This document shows, one piece after another, positions 54,334-63,577 of a stretch of 64,000 bases of DNA. The DNA lies in NCBI GenBank assembly GCA_041165365.1, contig JBEANR010000127.1, positions 110 to 64,109 on the forward strand, read 5' to 3'. The translations under genes were made by a program, and so were the position numbers. The notes under the pieces are model-generated. The model searched no databases. It was not told the origin of the DNA and saw nothing but the letters and a program-made list of their open reading frames with translations. How positions within the stretch are numbered: position 1 is the first letter of the stretch; every line of letters starts with the position of its first letter. Origin of the DNA: Actinomycetota bacterium (lineage in GTDB: Bacteria > Actinomycetota > Actinomycetes > Actinomycetales > Microbacteriaceae).

Positions 54334-54969
54334 GTGACTCTCCGAGCCGACTGGGCCCGCGCCTGGATCACCGCGAGCGCGGCGGTCATCGCCGAACACA
54401 GAGTCGAGCTCATCACCCTCGATCGGGAGATCGGCGACGGTGACCACGGCGAGAACATGGATCGGGGATTCTCCGCCGTGGTGGCGAAGCTGGCGGATGC
54501 CCCGGTCGACGCCACCCCGGCCGACCTGCTCAAACTCGTCGCGACCACCCTGATCTCGACCGTCGGCGGAGCCTCCGGACCCCTCGTCGGCACCGCGTTC
54601 CTCAAGGCGGCCGGTGCGATCGCCGGGCAGGAGACCCTCGACGGCGCGGCGATCGTCGCCCTGCTGACCGCTGCGCGGGACGGCATCGTGCTGCGCGGCA
54701 AGGCGGAGGTCGGCGACAAGACGATGATCGACGCCTGGACCCCCGCAGTGGATGCCGCGGCGCAGGCCCTCGCGGAGGGTGCCGCCGAGGCGCAGGTGCT
54801 CGCCGCCGCCGCCGCGGCCGCCGAGAGCGGAGCCGTCTCGACCGAGCCGCTCGTCGCCCGCAAGGGTCGAGCCAGCTATCTCGGGGAGCGCGCGATCGGG
54901 CACCGTGACCCCGGCGCCCAGTCGAGTGCCCTGTTGCTGCGCGCTGCTGCCGACGCGGCGGTCGCGTGA
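54334..54969 (+). CDS. dhaL: Dihydroxyacetone kinase subunit L
   Basis: LDREIGDGDHG, GGASGPL, GDKTMIDA, GRASYLG, DPGA. Confidence 0.95.
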   Translation: MTLRADWARAWITASAAVIAEHRVELITLDREIGDGDHGENMDRGFSAVVAKLADAPVDATPADLLKLVATTLISTVGGASGPLVGTAFLKAAGAIAGQETLDGAAIVALLTAARDGIVLRGKAEVGDKTMIDAWTPAVDAAAQALAEGAAEAQVLAAAAAAAESGAVSTEPLVARKGRASYLGERAIGHRDPGAQSSALLLRAAADAAVA

Positions 54970-55724
54970 GCACGCCCGTCGTCGCAGTGGTGATCGTGTC
55001 GCACAGCGACCTGATCGCTCGGGGGGTGGTCGAATTGGCCGCCCAGATGGCCGGTTCGACCCGGATCGAGGCGGCGGGGGGCACCGACGAGGGCGGGATC
55101 GGCACGAGCTTCGACACGGTGAGCGCGGCGATCCTGAAGGCGGACGAGTCTGCGGGCGCCGGTGGTGGGGTCGTGGTGCTCTGCGACCTCGGCTCGGCGA
55201 TCCTCACCGCCGAGACCGCGCTCGACTTCCTCGGCGACGAGCTGCGTTCGCGTGTCGCGATCGCCGACGCCCCGATCGTCGAGGGGGCTGTCGCCGCTGC
55301 GGTCGCGGCTGAGTCGGGGGCGGGGCTGACGGACGTCGTGGCGGCGGCCCAGAGCGCGTTCGGCGATTTCGCGACCCCGCTGGTCGAGCCCGCCGAGACC
55401 TCGAACGGGGATCTCGGCGCGCTCGATCACCGGGATGGCGCGCCCGCCGAGATCTCCGCCACCACCACGCTCGTCAACCGCGATGGACTCCATGCCAGGC
55501 CCGCCGCCGACTTCGTCAAGCTCGCATCGACCTTCGACGCCGTCGTCTCGGTCAACGGTGTCGACGCTAAGAGCCTGCTGCGCATCATGTCGCTCGGTCT
55601 CGGGGCGGGGTCGACCGTCACGATCCGGGCGACGGGAGCCGAGGCATCCGATGCCGTCGGCGCGCTCGTCGCTCTCGTCGAGTCGGGCTTCGGCGAGCCG
55701 GGGGCCAGCCAGTCGCCGACCTGA
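54966..55724 (+). CDS. dhaM: DhaM phosphotransferase (EIIA-like + HPr domains)
   Basis: VIVSHS, CDLGSA, then HPr-like GLHARPAA...DAKSLLRIMSLG; no EI domain. Confidence 0.9.
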   Translation: MSTPVVAVVIVSHSDLIARGVVELAAQMAGSTRIEAAGGTDEGGIGTSFDTVSAAILKADESAGAGGGVVVLCDLGSAILTAETALDFLGDELRSRVAIADAPIVEGAVAAAVAAESGAGLTDVVAAAQSAFGDFATPLVEPAETSNGDLGALDHRDGAPAEISATTTLVNRDGLHARPAADFVKLASTFDAVVSVNGVDAKSLLRIMSLGLGAGSTVTIRATGAEASDAVGALVALVESGFGEPGASQSPT

Positions 55725-55751
55725 CCACCGCGCGGGATCGAGCCGCGCCGA

Positions 55752-57446
55752 TCAGCCGCGGGCGACGATGGAGTCGCGCACCTCTCGTCTGAGCACCTTG
55801 CCGATCAGCGACCTCGGCAACTCGTCCATCTGCACGACCCGTCGGGGCACCTTGTAGGCCGTGAGGTGCTCGCGGCAGAAGTCGCGGAGGGCGGCGGCGT
55901 CGAGGGCCGCGCCGTCGCGGAGCACGACAGCGGCCGCGACATCCTCGCCCCCCGCCTCCCGCGGAAGTCCGACCACCGCGGCTGCCTCGACGTCCGGGTG
56001 CATCATCAGGGTGTCCTCGACCTCGGAGGGCGAGACGTTGAAACCCCCGGTGATGATGAGCTCCTTGAGCCGATCGGTCACGGTCACGAACCCGTCGGCG
56101 GTGACGGTCACGATGTCACCGGTGCGCAGCCAGCCGTCAGGCAGCAGGGCAGCCGTCGACTCGGCGCCACGACGCCAGTACCCGCTGAAGACCTGGGGTC
56201 CGCGCAGCAGGAGCTCTCCGGCCTCGCCGACCGCCCTGTCGGTCGTCGGGTCATCGGGGTCGACCACCCTGATCTCCGTGCTCGGAAAAGGCACCCCGAC
56301 GGTCCCGGGGCGGCGTGAGGGGCCGATCGGGTTGCCGATCGCGACGGGCGACGACTCGGTCATCCCGTATCCCTCGACGAGCAGACCGCCGGTGACCTCC
56401 TCCCACCGTTCGACCGTCGCCACGGGCAGGCTCATCGCCCCCGAGATGGCGAACCGGATGCTCGACAGGTCGACGTCCCCGCGTTCCGCCGACCGGGCGA
56501 GCTGATCGTAGATCGGGGGCACCGCGGGGAGGAAGGTCGGCGGCGACTTCTTCGCGGCGGCGAGCACGAGGCCGAGGTCGAACCGCGGGAACAGCACGAG
56601 GCGAGCACCGATGCTCATCGCGAAGGTGAGGCAGAGCGTCATCCCGTAGGCGTGGAAGAGAGGGAGCACGCCGTAGAACACCTCGTCGCCCGGCACGAGC
56701 CCCGGCACCCATGCGCGCCCCTGCAGCGCGTTCGCGTGAAGAGTGTGGTGGGTGAGGATGGCACCCTTCGGGGTTCCCGTCGTGCCGCTCGTGTACTGCA
56801 GCACCGCGACGTCGTCGACGGTCGGGCGTGCGTGCCGACTCGAGAGATGACCGCTCGAGAGAAGGTCGTCCCAGGTGAAGACACGCCTCGCCGAGGGGGT
56901 CGCGGTCATCGCCGCCCGCGCGGCCCGCGCCTTCGGAATGGGCAGCTTCAGCGCGATCCGCTTGCCGAACGGGAGAGCCTCGGTCAGATCGACCGACACG
57001 ATCCGGCGCTGTCTGATGTCCGCCGGGAAGTCTGAGACGGTGTCGTGCACCTTGTCCCACACGATCGCCACCGTGGCGCCGTGATCCTCGAACTGGTGGC
57101 GGAGTTCCCGAGCCGTGTAGAGCGGATTGTGCTCGACCACGATGGCGCCGAGCCTCAGCACCGCGTAGAACGCGACGACGTGCTGCGGGCAGTTCGGCAG
57201 CACAATCGCCACCCGGTCACCCGCCGTGACGCCGGCCCGCCGCAACCCCTCCGCCGCCCGGGCGATCTGATCGCCGAGCTGCGAGTACGAGGTGGTCCTG
57301 CCGAAGAACTCGAGTGCGACGCGCGAATGGTACGTCGCGACGGCGTCGTCGAGCATGTCGACCAGGGAGCCCGTCGGATCGAGGATGTCGCGGGGCACCC
57401 CCTCGGCGTACGAAGACTGCCAGGGCCGCTGGTCGAAGGGGTTCAT
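55752..57446 (-). CDS. Long-chain fatty acid--CoA ligase
   Basis: YTSGTTGTPKG, LPLFHAYG, EGYGMTESSP, WLRTGD, DRLKELI, GKVLRR. Confidence 0.93.
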   Translation of the reverse strand: MNPFDQRPWQSSYAEGVPRDILDPTGSLVDMLDDAVATYHSRVALEFFGRTTSYSQLGDQIARAAEGLRRAGVTAGDRVAIVLPNCPQHVVAFYAVLRLGAIVVEHNPLYTARELRHQFEDHGATVAIVWDKVHDTVSDFPADIRQRRIVSVDLTEALPFGKRIALKLPIPKARAARAAMTATPSARRVFTWDDLLSSGHLSSRHARPTVDDVAVLQYTSGTTGTPKGAILTHHTLHANALQGRAWVPGLVPGDEVFYGVLPLFHAYGMTLCLTFAMSIGARLVLFPRFDLGLVLAAAKKSPPTFLPAVPPIYDQLARSAERGDVDLSSIRFAISGAMSLPVATVERWEEVTGGLLVEGYGMTESSPVAIGNPIGPSRRPGTVGVPFPSTEIRVVDPDDPTTDRAVGEAGELLLRGPQVFSGYWRRGAESTAALLPDGWLRTGDIVTVTADGFVTVTDRLKELIITGGFNVSPSEVEDTLMMHPDVEAAAVVGLPREAGGEDVAAAVVLRDGAALDAAALRDFCREHLTAYKVPRRVVQMDELPRSLIGKVLRREVRDSIVARG

Positions 57447-57555
57447 CGGGCTCCTCGCCGTCGAGGGAGGCCGGGGCGGCGTCATCCCGCTCCCAGTCTT
57501 CACCATGCCGGGTGTCGGCCGTTTCGCGACGGCAGTGATCGGCGCCGAGCCGAGG

Positions 57556-57921
57556 TCAACCCCAGCAGAGACAGAACGGATGCCCTGCCGGATCCGCGTA
57601 CACCTGCCAGCCGTCGACGGCGTCCAGGTCGTCGGCAGGCTGGAGCAGACGGGCGCCGAGAGCCATGACCTCGTCGTGCGACGCGCGGATGTCGTCGACC
57701 GTGAGGTCGATGTGCAGCTGCTGGGGGGCGCCGTCCGGCCACTCCGGCGGCACCAGGTCCGGCGCGAGCTGCACGGCCAGACGCCGCTTGCCGTCGACGA
57801 GCACCGTGTGCCAGTCGTTTGCCGCGGCATCCACAGTGCCTCCCAGGAGGCGAGCCCAGAAGCTGCTCTCGGCGGCGAGGTCGGGGGCGTCGAGCACGGT
57901 GATCTGATCTCGGATTCTCAT
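57556..57921 (-). CDS. VOC/glyoxalase-like family protein
   Basis: PPEWP, QQLHIDL, GARLL, VYADPAGHPFCL. Confidence 0.88.
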   Translation of the reverse strand: MRIRDQITVLDAPDLAAESSFWARLLGGTVDAAANDWHTVLVDGKRRLAVQLAPDLVPPEWPDGAPQQLHIDLTVDDIRASHDEVMALGARLLQPADDLDAVDGWQVYADPAGHPFCLCWG

Positions 57922-57971
57922 GGACCCTGTCTACCGCGCGCCACCGATGCCCGCCAGGGTGGAGCGTCTGA

Positions 57972-59471
<1,500 letters not shown>

Positions 59472-59472
59472 A

Positions 59473-59495
59473 CGGCGCCCTCCGGGAGGGCGCCG
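59473..59495 (+). terminator. GC-rich hairpin after argG
   Basis: CGGCGCCCT-CCGGG-AGGGCGCCG immediately after the stop. Confidence 0.65.
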
Positions 59496-59603
59496 CGACT
59501 GGTCAGTCGAGCACCGTCCTGTGAACGGGAAGGTGCATTTCTGACTAGTCGCGAGAGCGTATTCGCGTCTCCGACGTGATCCGATCGCAGCTGCCGGGGC
59601 GCG

Positions 59604-60320
59604 TCAGGCCGAGAGGGTGCGGCGCGCGATCGCGACATCCGGGCCGAGTCGCTCGAGTTCTCCGACGAGGGCTGCTGCCGCGGCATCCAGATCCTCCTCG
59701 CTCATGGGGTCGAGCGCATCGAGGATGAACAGCGTCTTCGAGGTCTGATCGCTCAGTCGCGTTCGCCGGGTCTGCCGCCAGTTCCATCGACGGCAGGTGA
59801 CTCCGACGTCGTCTCGCCAGATCACCTCGCCGATCTCGGGATGCTCGATGACGGTCTCTCCGCCGCCCGAGGTCTCGAAGGTCTCGGATCCGTCCGCGCG
59901 GGTGAGACGGGCCGCGCCCGAGTATCTGTCGAGATCCTCTCCGCCGATCGGCATCAGGTGCAGCACCGAGATCGCGTTGTAGATGTCGGTGAGGCGGTTG
60001 ACGCGGGGGAGTCCGGTCTCGGCGCGACGGAGGAGGGCCTCGAGACTGTTGCGCGTGCGCTGGGGTTTGGCACCGAACGCGCGGTAGGTCTCACGCCAGG
60101 AGACGACACGCGGGTGCTCGTCGACCGATATCCCCTCGAGCAGGGAGCGGGCGAAGAGTTCAGCGCGCTCGAGGAGGCGCTCCGAATGCTCGTCGCTCGG
60201 ACCCGGGACGATCCCTAGCGCTCCGATGAGCACCACTCGATAGTCGGGGCGGAGCGCGAAGACCTCGTCGTCGATGGTGGCCCGCTCGAGATACTCGAGG
60301 AGGTCGGTGGGTTCGTGCAC
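59604..60320 (-). CDS. Stand-alone B3/B4 domain protein (PheRS editing-like)
   Basis: WRETYRAFGAKPQRTRNSLEALLRR, LPRVNRLTDIYNAIS, PIGGEDLD, GEVIWRDD, CRRWNWRQ; GTG start 60320. Confidence 0.88.
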   Translation of the reverse strand: MHEPTDLLEYLERATIDDEVFALRPDYRVVLIGALGIVPGPSDEHSERLLERAELFARSLLEGISVDEHPRVVSWRETYRAFGAKPQRTRNSLEALLRRAETGLPRVNRLTDIYNAISVLHLMPIGGEDLDRYSGAARLTRADGSETFETSGGGETVIEHPEIGEVIWRDDVGVTCRRWNWRQTRRTRLSDQTSKTLFILDALDPMSEEDLDAAAAALVGELERLGPDVAIARRTLSA

Positions 60321-60393
60321 GGGTGCGGTCCGTTCGTGTCGGCTGCTCGAGGCAGTGCGGGGGAGTGTGGCGGGAAGAAGGAGTGCGTGATGA

Positions 60394-60855
60394 TCAGTCT
60401 GTTTCGGGGAAGACCTTCGGCCAGAGGCCGTTCTCCCTGTACAACCCCTGCACATCGCTGAGTTCGACGGCGGCGTCGATGGGATTCGCGACGACGGGTC
60501 CTGAGACCCACCAGTCGTCACCTCGCAGCCCGAGGGAGGCATACGCGCGGTTTCCGGGGGGTTGTGTGATGAATAGATCGTGGACGCGAGCTGTGACTCG
60601 GCCATGTGCCGGCTCCCACACTGTCACCGAGCCACCCGAGACATCGTCGAGGACGACGGCATCGAACCAACGCCACACGACGGCACTCCTGCCATCAGCA
60701 GCGTGAGCGATGGCGACGAGATGACCGGGGGAGACCCGTTCGATTCGGGGGGTGGGGAACTGCGGGGCGAACCTCACGGACGTGGTGACTTCGCCTGTCC
60801 AGGCCGAGCAGGCGTCCTCGGTGACGGTCAACACGACAGCGGTGGTCAGTCGCAC
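60394..60855 (-). CDS. Hypothetical beta-rich protein
   Basis: Protein-like composition (RVSPGHLVA, VVWRWFDAVVL, WEPAHG, DWWVSG); GTG start 60855 chosen; family not recognised. Confidence 0.65.
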   Translation of the reverse strand: MRLTTAVVLTVTEDACSAWTGEVTTSVRFAPQFPTPRIERVSPGHLVAIAHAADGRSAVVWRWFDAVVLDDVSGGSVTVWEPAHGRVTARVHDLFITQPPGNRAYASLGLRGDDWWVSGPVVANPIDAAVELSDVQGLYRENGLWPKVFPETD

Positions 60856-60975
60856 GGCGGCGCCCCAGGAGTGATCCGCATTCGTCAAGTATGGAGCTAT
60901 TACTGCTCGCGCTGTGGGTGGCACGGGCTCTGGCAGGATGTGATGAGAAGTGCTACGGCGTGCTACGTTTGCTCA

Positions 60976-61242
60976 ATGGAACAAATAACACATCGGGAGA
61001 TGCGCAATCGCAGCGGGGAGATCTTGCGACGCGTCGAGGGGGGGGAGTCGATCATAGTCAGCAACAACGGCCGCCCTGCCGCCATCATCAGTCCGGTGGG
61101 CGGCAATGGATTGGACGGCCTGATTGCTCGGGGCGAAACGCGACCGGCCCGTACCGGCGTTGAAGCACTCGTGACGATCCAACGCGGGGTGACTTCGGCG
61201 ACAGCGCGGGATTTGATCGATGACACTCGGGGCCCTTGGTGA
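60976..61242 (+). CDS. vapB: Phd/YefM-type antitoxin (VapB)
   Basis: MEQITHREMRNRSGEILRRVEGGESIIVSNNGRPAAII; stop overlaps toxin start. Confidence 0.88.
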   Translation: MEQITHREMRNRSGEILRRVEGGESIIVSNNGRPAAIISPVGGNGLDGLIARGETRPARTGVEALVTIQRGVTSATARDLIDDTRGPW

Positions 61243-61625
61243 GCACCGTGTACCTGGACACCTCGGCGGCCATGAAATTGCTTGTCGATGAGCCTGAGTC
61301 CGCCGCGTTGCTGAGGGAGTTGACTGGTGGAGGACGGCGTCTCGTGGCCTCGTGGTTGCTGCATACCGAACTGCACTGTGCGGCCGGTCGGCATCCGGGC
61401 GTCCTCTCGCCGGATGCGATCACCCAGGTTCTCGATGCGGTCGCCCTGGTGGATGTGACGCGGGGTGATCTGCTTGCCGCGGGCACGCATGCGCCATTGC
61501 GCTCCCACGATGCGATTCATCTCGCAGCGGCGATACGGATCGGCGTAGACGAAGTCGCCACCTATGACGATGAGTTCGCCCGCGCAGCAACGATGGCCGG
61601 CCTCCGCGTGCTCGCACCTGCCTGA
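61239..61625 (+). CDS. vapC: PIN-domain toxin (VapC)
   Basis: VYLDTSAAMKLL, TEL, LRSHDAIHLAAA, TYD acidic PIN motifs. Confidence 0.9.
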   Translation: MSTVYLDTSAAMKLLVDEPESAALLRELTGGGRRLVASWLLHTELHCAAGRHPGVLSPDAITQVLDAVALVDVTRGDLLAAGTHAPLRSHDAIHLAAAIRIGVDEVATYDDEFARAATMAGLRVLAPA

Positions 61626-61664
61626 CCTTTTTCGGCGCAGTTGGTCGACGCAATGACACCGAAA

Positions 61665-61692
61665 CCCTGATCTGCGGGCGTCCCGCACAGGG
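61665..61692 (-). terminator. Hairpin after TetR stop
   Basis: Minus strand: TAA-CCCTG-TGCGGG-ACG-CCCGCA-GAT-CAGGG-TTTC. Confidence 0.55.
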
Positions 61693-62286
61693 TTAGGACT
61701 CAGGGACCGGCGGCGGGGGCCCAAGGAGTTGAGTGGCAGCCTGGATCAGGGCGGCCCGGTGTTGGGCGAGTCGATCTGGTGCTTTAGAGTTCTGCGGATC
61801 GATGGCGAGGAGGTCGTGATTGGCCAGCACCCACGCCGAGGCCAAGCTGAGCAGCATGACGCTGAGGTCGAGCGCAGGTGGGGCGCCGGCCCGCTCGCCA
61901 TCGGGCCGGGAACGGATCATGGCGACGAAGTCCTTGTAGGGGGTGAGATCGGCGTCGGGTACTGCTGTATCTCGCTCGAGGTTGCGCCAGGTCGCGATCC
62001 GGATCGACTCAGGGTGTGCCACGTGGAAGTCGAAAAGTCGTCCCACGTAGCCTGGTAGATCGTCAGGTGTCCACGGCACCTCACGGACGATTCGCTCTAT
62101 GGTCGCGTCGACCGCGGCCCGGAACAGCCGCTCCTTGTTGCCAAAGTGGTCGTAGATGGCGCGCTTGTTGGCTTCGGCATTCCGAGCGATGCGGTCGACT
62201 CGAGCGCCGGACAGACCGTAGCGGGAGAACTCTGTGATCGCGGCCTTGAGGACGCGGGAGCGCGTGACCGCTGAGTCTCGAGGCAT
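61693..62286 (-). CDS. TetR family transcriptional regulator
   Basis: EFSRYGLSGARVDRIARNAEANKRAIYDHFGNKERLF helix-turn-helix. Confidence 0.95.
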   Translation of the reverse strand: MPRDSAVTRSRVLKAAITEFSRYGLSGARVDRIARNAEANKRAIYDHFGNKERLFRAAVDATIERIVREVPWTPDDLPGYVGRLFDFHVAHPESIRIATWRNLERDTAVPDADLTPYKDFVAMIRSRPDGERAGAPPALDLSVMLLSLASAWVLANHDLLAIDPQNSKAPDRLAQHRAALIQAATQLLGPPPPVPES

Positions 62287-62295
62287 GTTCCCATA

Positions 62296-62361
62296 GTAAC
62301 GAACCAGATGGTTTGGAATGCTCCGACGCCGCGGCTAGTCTCGAACCATCCAGTTCGTTAC
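62296..62361. promoter_or_regulatory. Paired TetR operators in TetR/SDR divergent spacer
   Basis: GTAACGAACCAGATGGTT (62296-62313) and inverted AACCATCCAGTTCGTTAC (62344-62361), 16/18 identical. Confidence 0.7.
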
Positions 62362-62372
62362 GAGGAGGCCGC

Positions 62373-63338
62373 ATGAAGAGCCGTCAGTTCGACCCGACCA
62401 GCACCGCTTTGGAAGTGGTGACCGGCATCGCCCTCACGGGTCGGAGGGCGGTGGTAACAGGCGCAGCCTCCGGGATCGGGGTGGAGACCGCGCGCGCGTT
62501 GGCCCAGGCCGGTGCCGCGGTGACGGTGACCGCGCGCGACCTCGAAGCCGCCCAGGCGGCGGCCGACGACATTACAGCGAGCACCGGAAGCAGGCTGGTC
62601 AGTGCCGCTCGCTTGGACCTGCTCGACCTCGAGGGCGTGAGAGGCTTCACAGACTCGTGGACCGGGCCGTTGGACATCCTGGTCAACAACGCCGGCGTGA
62701 TGGCGACGCCCGAGCTCTACACCGAGGCCGGGTGGGAGTTGCAGTTCGCCACCAACCACATGGGGCACTTCGCGCTAACCCTCGGCCTGCATGCGGCACT
62801 GGCACTCGCCGACCATGCCCGGGTGGTCGTGGTCTCCTCGAGCGGGCACGGCAACTCGCCGGTGGTCTTCGATGACCTCTTCTTCGACCGGCGCCCCTAC
62901 GATCCCGACCTCGCCTACGGTCAGTCCAAGACCGCCAACGTGCTCTTCGCAGTCGAGCTCACTCGACGGTGGCGCGATGATGGGATCACGGCGAACGCGT
63001 TGATGCCAGGTGGCATCTGGACACAACTCCAACGGCATTGGGACCCCCAGGTCCTGGAGCAGATGAAGCAGCAGACCGCGGACTTGTCCACCGCCGAGAC
63101 CAGCGTGAACAAGACACCGGAGCAGGGCGCAGCCACCTCGACCTTCCTCGCCACCGCACCCGAGCTGCAGGGAATCGGCGGCCGTTACTACGAAGATTGT
63201 CACGAGGCCGACGTCGTCGAGGAGATCACCGATCAGGTTCACGGCGTATGCGAGTACGCCCTCGACCCGGACAGCGCGCGCCGCCTCTGGGACGTGTCCC
63301 TCGACCTCCTCAGGAAGGCGGGACGCGAGGTCGATTGA
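62373..63338 (+). CDS. Retinol-dehydrogenase-like SDR oxidoreductase
   Basis: VTGAASGIG, LVNNAG, ATNHMGHF, VSSSGH, YGQSK; RBS GAGGAGG. Confidence 0.93.
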   Translation: MKSRQFDPTSTALEVVTGIALTGRRAVVTGAASGIGVETARALAQAGAAVTVTARDLEAAQAAADDITASTGSRLVSAARLDLLDLEGVRGFTDSWTGPLDILVNNAGVMATPELYTEAGWELQFATNHMGHFALTLGLHAALALADHARVVVVSSSGHGNSPVVFDDLFFDRRPYDPDLAYGQSKTANVLFAVELTRRWRDDGITANALMPGGIWTQLQRHWDPQVLEQMKQQTADLSTAETSVNKTPEQGAATSTFLATAPELQGIGGRYYEDCHEADVVEEITDQVHGVCEYALDPDSARRLWDVSLDLLRKAGREVD

Positions 63339-63577
63339 CCAGCACACGCACCGACGCCCCACCTACGCTTGGACCGCTGAGGTCACTCCTCGCGTGCTCA
63401 TCACGTCTCACGGTGCCCGGTGCCAATAGACATGTCAATCACCGTATGCCTCTGATCTGGGGTTTGTCATTTCCGGTGGCACGTCGGAGGCCTCGCGTTG
63501 TGCCAACGCACTTGTCAATTCCGGATCGCGCGGTCCGTCAAGATGGCGCGTGTCGAGACTGACGATACGTTCATGGC

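Noticed and set aside
63551-63571. TGTCGA-N9-TACGTT as a PafBC/RecA-NDp DNA-damage promoter
   Set aside because: One base short of the TGTCGG-N10-TAnnnT spacing and has a mismatch; too weak to call.
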